A stretch of 64,000 bases of DNA from Nitrospirota bacterium (lineage in GTDB: Bacteria; Nitrospirota; Thermodesulfovibrionia; Thermodesulfovibrionales; UBA9159). The notes beneath the pieces were generated by a model. That model had not been told where the DNA came from and searched no databases. It saw nothing but the letters and a program-made list of their open reading frames with translations. Where the stretch lies: contig CAVOUE010000003.1 of NCBI GenBank assembly GCA_963699545.1, positions 640,001 through 704,000 of the forward strand, given 5' to 3'. Both the position numbers and the translations under genes were made by a program. Of the stretch, positions 58,262 to 64,000 are shown in pieces; the stretch's first letter is position 1; every line of letters begins with the position of its first letter.

Positions 58262-59171
58262 TTACCGCGTTCCCTTCTTTGCCGGCTTTTTGTCGATCTC
58301 GGCCTTCTTGTTCTTTGCCATCGGAGCTTCCCGGGAATCAGGGTATTTTTCAATGATCTTGTCGAAGATGACCTTTGCGGTCTTCTTATCGCCCAGCTCC
58401 ATAAAGGACAGACCCTGTTTGTAAAGGGCTCCGGAGTATCTTGTCGTTGCGGGGATAGCTTTTGATAAGGCTTTCGTAAGACAGTATGGCGTTTTCGAAA
58501 TCCTTCTCGGCAAAATACGCTTCCCCTATCCAGAAATGGGCATTGCCCACGAGGCCGTCCTTGGGATACTTGGCGATAAGGGCATTGAATTTTTCCCTTG
58601 CCGCTTTATATTTTTTCCCTTTAAAGGACGTATATGCGGACTCGTAGAGCGCCGCAGGGCTGTTGTCTTCGGTCTTCTTCGCAACAGAAGCTTTTTCGCC
58701 GTTCTCTTCCGGCGATGGTCCCTGCTCGGCAACGGGAGGTTTTGTATCGCCGGACCTTGCGGAAAGCTCCTTCACACGCGCATCGAGGCTGCTGATCTGG
58801 GATCTCAACAGTTCCCGCTCCAAGGAACTCTCTTTCATCGTCTTGTCCATAAAGAACTTGTACTCGTCAAACCTGCCCCGCAGCACCTGAAGCTCCCTCG
58901 ACTGTTCGTTCACCTGGGAATAGAGGGATGCCTGACTTTCCCGGAGAGCGTTAAAGGAATCCTCTCTTACGGTCCCGCTTGTCTGCTTCCTGAGGTCAGC
59001 GGTCTCTTTTTTCAGTTCAAGGTTCTCCCTTTTCAGCTGGTTCATTTCTCCTCTGGTAGCGTTGAGATCGCCTGTGGAAGCACATCCCATAAGCATGACG
59101 AGGGAGAACGCCAACAGAAGTGCAGCGTGGAGCGCATGGCGCGGGAATCTGAAATCAACCATGTGTGGCAT
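58262..59171 (-). CDS. cpoB: Tol-Pal cell-division coordinator CpoB/YbgF (TPR), frameshift near 58435
   Basis: Lipobox, coiled coil, NAHFWIGE, YP..; follows pal. Confidence 0.88.
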
Positions 59172-59172
59172 C

Positions 59173-59724
59173 TCATCTCCCCTTCAGGATCACAAAATGT
59201 CCCCTTCTGTTCTTCGCCCAGCAATCTTCCGTATGTTCGCCGCAGACCGCTTTTTCCTTCCCGTAACTGATGGTATCGATGCGGGACGAAGGAACGCCCA
59301 GGGAAACGAGGAAGTCCTTTACCGACTTTGCCCTCTTGTCTCCCAGACCGAGGTTGTATTCCGATGTGCCCCTGTTGTCACAATGACCCTCGATAAGAAC
59401 CTTCTGCGCGGTGTTCTTCCTGAGATGGTCGGCAACCGCCTTTAACGTCGGTCTCGCATCTTCCCGCACGTCATACTTATCATAATCAAAATAAATGTCC
59501 TTGAACATGCCCGATATCTCATCAAACTTTGAACGGATATCCTTTGATTCGACCTTGGCCATCTGCTGTTCCGTGATCTTTTCCTGAGCCTTTCTGGATT
59601 CCTCGAATGTCTGCGCCTGCGACGGCTGCATTTCCTGGGGCTGCGCAGGCACCACGGCCTTCCGCTCTGCACACCCGAATGCCGCGAACCCAAGGATTAC
59701 TGCCAGGACTAAGAATCGTCTCAT
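59173..59724 (-). CDS. pal: Peptidoglycan-associated lipoprotein
   Basis: Lipobox FGC; IYFDYDK, EGHCDxRG..EYNLGLG.KRA, SYGKE, NRR. Confidence 0.96.
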   Translation of the reverse strand: MRRFLVLAVILGFAAFGCAERKAVVPAQPQEMQPSQAQTFEESRKAQEKITEQQMAKVESKDIRSKFDEISGMFKDIYFDYDKYDVREDARPTLKAVADHLRKNTAQKVLIEGHCDNRGTSEYNLGLGDKRAKSVKDFLVSLGVPSSRIDTISYGKEKAVCGEHTEDCWAKNRRGHFVILKGR

Positions 59725-59742
59725 TGCGAAATCCTCCCTTAG

Positions 59743-61041
59743 TTAATTTGGTGACCAGCGAGGGCCAAAGACCCTCAACCCCTTCGGGGTTATCCTCTTC
59801 TGGGCCTCTCCGTTCGCCCTCATTACATACACCGCTTTTTCACCGTCCCTGTCCGATGAAAATACTATATACCTCCCGTCCGGAGAAAAGGAAGGGTCTT
59901 CGTTGTTTCCCCTGTCGGTCAGTTGTGTAATTCCGGAGCCGTCGGGACTGATGGTGAACACCTGGTTCTTCCCTCCCTGTCGCCCCGAGAACACGATCTT
60001 GTCTCCTCTGGGGAGACCACGAGGGAGAGGTGTTATAAGAACCGTTGAATGTGAGTCTCCTTTCGTTGCGGCCATCCCTGCCCATGATGAAGAGCTGCGG
60101 AGTCCCATCCCTGTCGGAGATAAAGCATATCTGGCTGGCGTCAGGGGCAAGGGTGGGAGATACCTCTATCCCCCGCGAAGAGGTGAGGCGGGAAACCTTT
60201 GATCCCGAGATCCGGTAGGTGTAAAGGTCCTGACTTCCGTTCATGGAAGACGAGAAGATGAACTCGTCCGGGTCGGGGAAAAAATCGCCGGCGAGGTTCG
60301 TCCCTTTGGAAGAGAAAACCGCTGCTTCGGACATCTTCCTGAAGTCCAGCAGATAAATCCCCCACTGCCTGCTCCTTTCTGATGAGTAGATGAGCCGGGA
60401 GCCGTCCTTTGACCAGCGCGGTGAGAGGATAACATTCCCCTTTATGCCGAGGTTCGTCGCCCTGTGACCGTCCCAGTCGGCCAGGTAAATATTGTCTTCT
60501 CCTCCCTTCCGTGCGACATAAGCGACCCTCGTCCTGAAAATGCCTGACTCGCCGGTCATCTGCTTGTAGATATCGTTTGCGATGGTGTGTGCCAGGGGAC
60601 GGAGAAGCGATGCATCGGTCTGGTATTCTTTCCTGAATATCTCTCTTCCCTCCAGGGCGTCATAGAGGGAAGACCGTTGCCACGAGGTTCCTGGTCCCGC
60701 TGACCATTCCCTTTACCACGGCCTCTGCGCCTATCACCGTCCAGTTCTTTGCGTTAAAGGGATGGGAGGGAGGCTCGATGAATGCGTTCCTGTCAAGGCA
60801 GAGGAATATCCCCGTGAAGTCGAGATCGTCCTTTATTATGTCGGATATTTCCCTGCCCGCAGTCCCCCCGAATTCGGAGACAGCGATCGGGAGTCTCTTG
60901 ACCGCGGGAGAACGCGATGTCGATGTAGACCTTTGCTTCGGCAACAGTGAAAAGTGACAGGTGAAGAACGACAAACAGACAATATGCAAGAATGTTTTGC
61001 ACCGTTAACCTGTAGCCCGCACCTTGTACCTTTTTCATCAC
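59743..61041 (-). CDS. tolB: TolB beta-propeller protein, several frameshifts
   Basis: KVYIDI, TGESGIFRTRVAY and PD40 repeats (SPRWSxDG, PSFSPDG) across frames. Confidence 0.9.
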
Positions 61042-61724
61042 GGATAAAATCTCACTCCTATCTCCATCTCATACGGCGGCGGGGTGACCGGACTTGCCTT
61101 GGCGATGGCCCTGAGCGCAGAGCGGTCAAAAAGGCCGTTGCCCGAGGATTTCTCTATCCGGGTGACCTGCACAAAGCCGTCTTTCATGATCCTGATGGAG
61201 ATGACCGCTTCGAGGTTCTTGTTCGATGTCTCGGGGAATACCCAGTTCTGCCATATAGCCTTTGTCACCTTCGCATAGTAGTCGTCTGCGGGAACGCCTG
61301 TGGGAACGCCTCCACCTTTCCCTTCTGTGCCCCTGGAAGCCGGCTTCCCCTCGCTGCTGCCTTTCAGAGAAATTATATTCCTCAGTTCCGCAAGTTTCTT
61401 TATTTTCTTCTTGGCCTCCAGCGCCGCTATTTGCTCCGATACATGCTTTTCCTGTGCTTTGCTGACGGCTTTTGTTTTCTGAGGAGCGCTTTTTGTCTCT
61501 TTTGTCTCTTTCGTCATTGCCGGAGCCTGCGTTCTGGTCTGTTCGACTGCCTGTGTGTCGCTCTTCCCTTCAGGTTTTCCTTCAGACCCTACAAGACTCA
61601 CCACATAGGGAGAGGGCATCATGAACCGGCTTGACTGTTTTACCGCAAAGAACACTGCCAGGAAGAAGCTGAGGTGAAAGACGAGGGAGAGAACCGTTAG
61701 CCGCTGTAGGGAAGGCCCGCTCAT
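61038..61724 (-). CDS. tolA: TolA/TonB C-terminal-domain protein
   Basis: TM anchor SxxxH; IW.NW.FP, SSG..FDRSA.RAI; tol operon context. Confidence 0.8.
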   Translation of the reverse strand: MSGPSLQRLTVLSLVFHLSFFLAVFFAVKQSSRFMMPSPYVVSLVGSEGKPEGKSDTQAVEQTRTQAPAMTKETKETKSAPQKTKAVSKAQEKHVSEQIAALEAKKKIKKLAELRNIISLKGSSEGKPASRGTEGKGGGVPTGVPADDYYAKVTKAIWQNWVFPETSNKNLEAVISIRIMKDGFVQVTRIEKSSGNGLFDRSALRAIAKASPVTPPPYEMEIGVRFYP

Positions 61725-62122
61725 TTCGTGATGATCGCTGGTTCCGTCACCATGCCCAGTTTCTCTATCCCCGCCTCCTTTATCTCGCCCATAACCTCCA
61801 CCACAAAACCATAAGGGACATCCTTGTCCGCCTTCAGGAATACACTGGGATTCATCTTGCTTATGGCCTGAAGTTTCTGCCTCATAGCCGCTATGGATAC
61901 GGGGGTCTCGTTCATATAGACCTTCATATCCCTCTTTATCACAAGGGCGATCCGTTCCTCGGGCGGCATATCCTTCCCTTTTGCCTTGGGGAGATTCACA
62001 TCGATCCCCTGCTGAAGCAGGGGAGCAGTCACCATGAAGATGATGAGCAGCACCAGCATGACATCCACAAGGGGAGTCACGTTGATCTCCGACATCACTC
62101 CCTTGTCTCTCTCGACCTTCAC
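61721..62122 (-). CDS. tolR: TolR
   Basis: EINVTPLVDVMLVLLIIFMVTAP, ADKDVPYG. Confidence 0.93.
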   Translation of the reverse strand: MKVERDKGVMSEINVTPLVDVMLVLLIIFMVTAPLLQQGIDVNLPKAKGKDMPPEERIALVIKRDMKVYMNETPVSIAAMRQKLQAISKMNPSVFLKADKDVPYGFVVEVMGEIKEAGIEKLGMVTEPAIITK

Positions 62123-62748
62123 TGGGCCTCTTTCAGGAAGAACTCAAAGAGCTCTTCAGAGAAGTCTTCCATCTCGATGATGAGCATTCTTGCACGGCTG
62201 AGGTAGTAGTTGTAGGCCACAACCCCGGGGATTGCTGCGGCAAGACCCGCTGCCGTAGCGATCAGCGCCTCTGCGATACCCGGCGCCACGACCGCGAGAG
62301 ACGCAGAGCCGGCAGTCCCTATCCCTCTGAAGGAATCCATGATTCCCCATACCGTGCCGAAAAGCCCGATGAAGGGGCTGGTGGAGCCTGTGGTCGCGAG
62401 GAAGTTCAGATACGACTGCAACTTGGCGACTTCCAGGGCCTCATATCTTCTGAGGATCCTCTTCACCTCATCCTTGCTTGTGCGGCTTTCCTCTGCATAC
62501 ACAGACCGGAACACATTGGCAAGGGGGCTCAGCGTAAGGCTTCTCGCCGAGTTGTAAAGTCCCTTCATGTCCCGGCCGGCCCTGAAGGTCCTCAGGAAGG
62601 AGTCGGATTCCTTCGACGCCTTTGAAAAATAACGGTGCTTATAGAAAATAATTGCCCAGGAAAAGACGGAGAAGAAAAGGAGGATGACCAGTACCCCCTT
62701 CACCACATATCCCGCATGAAGGATCAACTGAAGTGCCGAATCTTGCAT
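62119..62748 (-). CDS. tolQ: TolQ
   Basis: SPFIGLFGTVWGIM, VAPGIAEALIATA.GL.AAIP. Confidence 0.95.
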   Translation of the reverse strand: MQDSALQLILHAGYVVKGVLVILLFFSVFSWAIIFYKHRYFSKASKESDSFLRTFRAGRDMKGLYNSARSLTLSPLANVFRSVYAEESRTSKDEVKRILRRYEALEVAKLQSYLNFLATTGSTSPFIGLFGTVWGIMDSFRGIGTAGSASLAVVAPGIAEALIATAAGLAAAIPGVVAYNYYLSRARMLIIEMEDFSEELFEFFLKEAQ

Positions 62749-63041
62749 AGATAACCTCTGCTTACAAATGAATTTCCATTATTGTAAACCAGATTAAAAA
62801 AAATTGCACGAAAAGTCAAATGAACCAGAGGAGCGAAGACGCTCTTATTTTCCCTGAGGAAGCATTGTTTACGTCAGACCCCCGTCGCCACTCCGGGATC
62901 GTGAATCTCCCTCAATGGGGGATGGGGACGGGTGGCCGGTACACCGACTACCTGACAGTTCTCAAAAGGCGAAATGGTCTCGAGGTTTCTTTGTCCGGAT
63001 GCCAATTTTCCGAAAGGGCCAGGAACGGTCTTGCCCTGAGG

Positions 63042-63473
63042 TCACCACTCCACGACTATGGTGACAAAGTCGGTGTAAGCTCCCGGCTTCACTTTCTGCA
63101 ATGCGGGAATCCTCCCGTAAACCGTGAGGTTGCTCGCTCCCGGCTGTGTGAAGGTATTGCTCGTGCCGTCGCCCCATATCGTTGTGCAGGCGGCATCAGT
63201 ATAGAGGTTGTAGTTGAGGTAGTCCCCCGCTCCATACAACTTTCTCTTGCTATAGTCCCCGCCGGAATTCTTTCCCGGGTCGAGTTTCACCACTGTCGCT
63301 GTTGCAGGATTGCATGTGACACTGACAGAACCGGTGGTGTTAAGGGGACTGACTGCAGTGGCATCATATGCTCCAAAGCTGACCGCTACCGCCGAAACCG
63401 TGCACTGCTGGGCCCATGCCTCAGCAGAATATGCGATAACCAAAAGGACCAGGAGCCATTTAATCCATTTCAC
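63042..63473 (-). CDS. Spore coat protein U / Csu-type fimbrial subunit
   Basis: Signal peptide; C.VS...FG.Y, L.YNLY.D, VYGRIP..Q...G.Y.D. Confidence 0.9.
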   Translation of the reverse strand: MKWIKWLLVLLVIAYSAEAWAQQCTVSAVAVSFGAYDATAVSPLNTTGSVSVTCNPATATVVKLDPGKNSGGDYSKRKLYGAGDYLNYNLYTDAACTTIWGDGTSNTFTQPGASNLTVYGRIPALQKVKPGAYTDFVTIVVEW

Positions 63474-64000
63474 AGATTATATCTCCCATAGTGACTGTTA
63501 TCTCCTCACTTTCCGGCACAATCATTTCAAAATTACACTGCTTGTCCTCTAGTGTCATTTTAGCAGGAAATTTTCCCGGTTTCAGATTTTCCATATAAAA
63601 CTCCCCCCGCTTCCCTATTACCGCCTCTACTATCTTACCCTCTATATTCACTTCAAGCACTGCGGATTCCGCAGCTATCTTCTTGCTTTTTGTCACGAGG
63701 AAGAGGCGTCCTTCAAAGGACTGGATCTTCGTAATGTCGAACTTGATGACACTGCCGCTCCGGTAAGCAGGGGAGATGTATTTTTCGAGCTCTTTCAGCT
63801 CATAGTTCACGGGTATGTCCGCTGCCTCGTAAGAGATCTTATTGTCGTTATAAGAGATGAGTCCCGGCACTATGGCTTTGCCATGAGCGTTGGTGAGCGC
63901 GACCTCCTCGTTGCTGTAGTAAACCTTTGCGCCCTCAATGTCTCCCACTTTCACAAGGGCAAAGCTGTCGGTTATCGGTCTGGAAACGTAAAAAGATCTG
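63460..64000 (-). CDS. Fimbrial outer-membrane usher, C-terminal part (truncated by window edge)
   Basis: SRPITDSFALV, T...G.A.VP.L.SY..N, GEFY.ENL.PG; adjacent to the SCPU subunit. Confidence 0.8.
   Translation of the reverse strand, partial: RSFYVSRPITDSFALVKVGDIEGAKVYYSNEEVALTNAHGKAIVPGLISYNDNKISYEAADIPVNYELKELEKYISPAYRSGSVIKFDITKIQSFEGRLFLVTKSKKIAAESAVLEVNIEGKIVEAVIGKRGEFYMENLKPGKFPAKMTLEDKQCNFEMIVPESEEITVTMGDIICEMD

Noticed and set aside
1-64000. tRNA or rRNA genes, integrase, reverse transcriptase
   Set aside because: None recognised by eye; a tRNAscan, Rfam or HMM search would be needed to exclude them formally

Overview
Bacterial chromosomal window, about 55% GC by eye. Gene content resembles Nitrospirota (Thermodesulfovibrionia) or deltaproteobacteria, which is an inference. 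Single-base frameshifts in many housekeeping genes (rng, fba, ribBA, ribE, lepA, cpoB, tolB) point to an indel-prone long-read or metagenomic consensus. The core backbone (rng, larE, CCA enzyme, polX, pfk/fba, rib, lepAB, nfo, moaAC, tol-pal, Csu-type pilus) is interrupted by accessory blocks. (1) A Vsr/C5-methyltransferase/DUF4928 restriction-modification-like island followed by an IS3 element. (2) A type I-C CRISPR-Cas locus with a divergent cas5-cas8-cas7-cas3 module, a truncated relic cas3, a hidden cas11 start, a toxin-antitoxin pair bracketed by duplicated promoter-hairpin units, and a 22-repeat array with very abnormal spacer composition. (3) A diversity-generating retroelement (DGR)-derived cassette: a DUF1566 target with a variable repeat (VR) and C-terminal sorting signal, an Avd-like gene, and an adenine-rich template repeat (TR). 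No reverse transcriptase is present in the window; instead the TR runs into a second sorting tail and an exosortase. Two genes (arsM and a rhodanese) read through an in-frame UGA followed by a SECIS-like hairpin and are probably selenoproteins.
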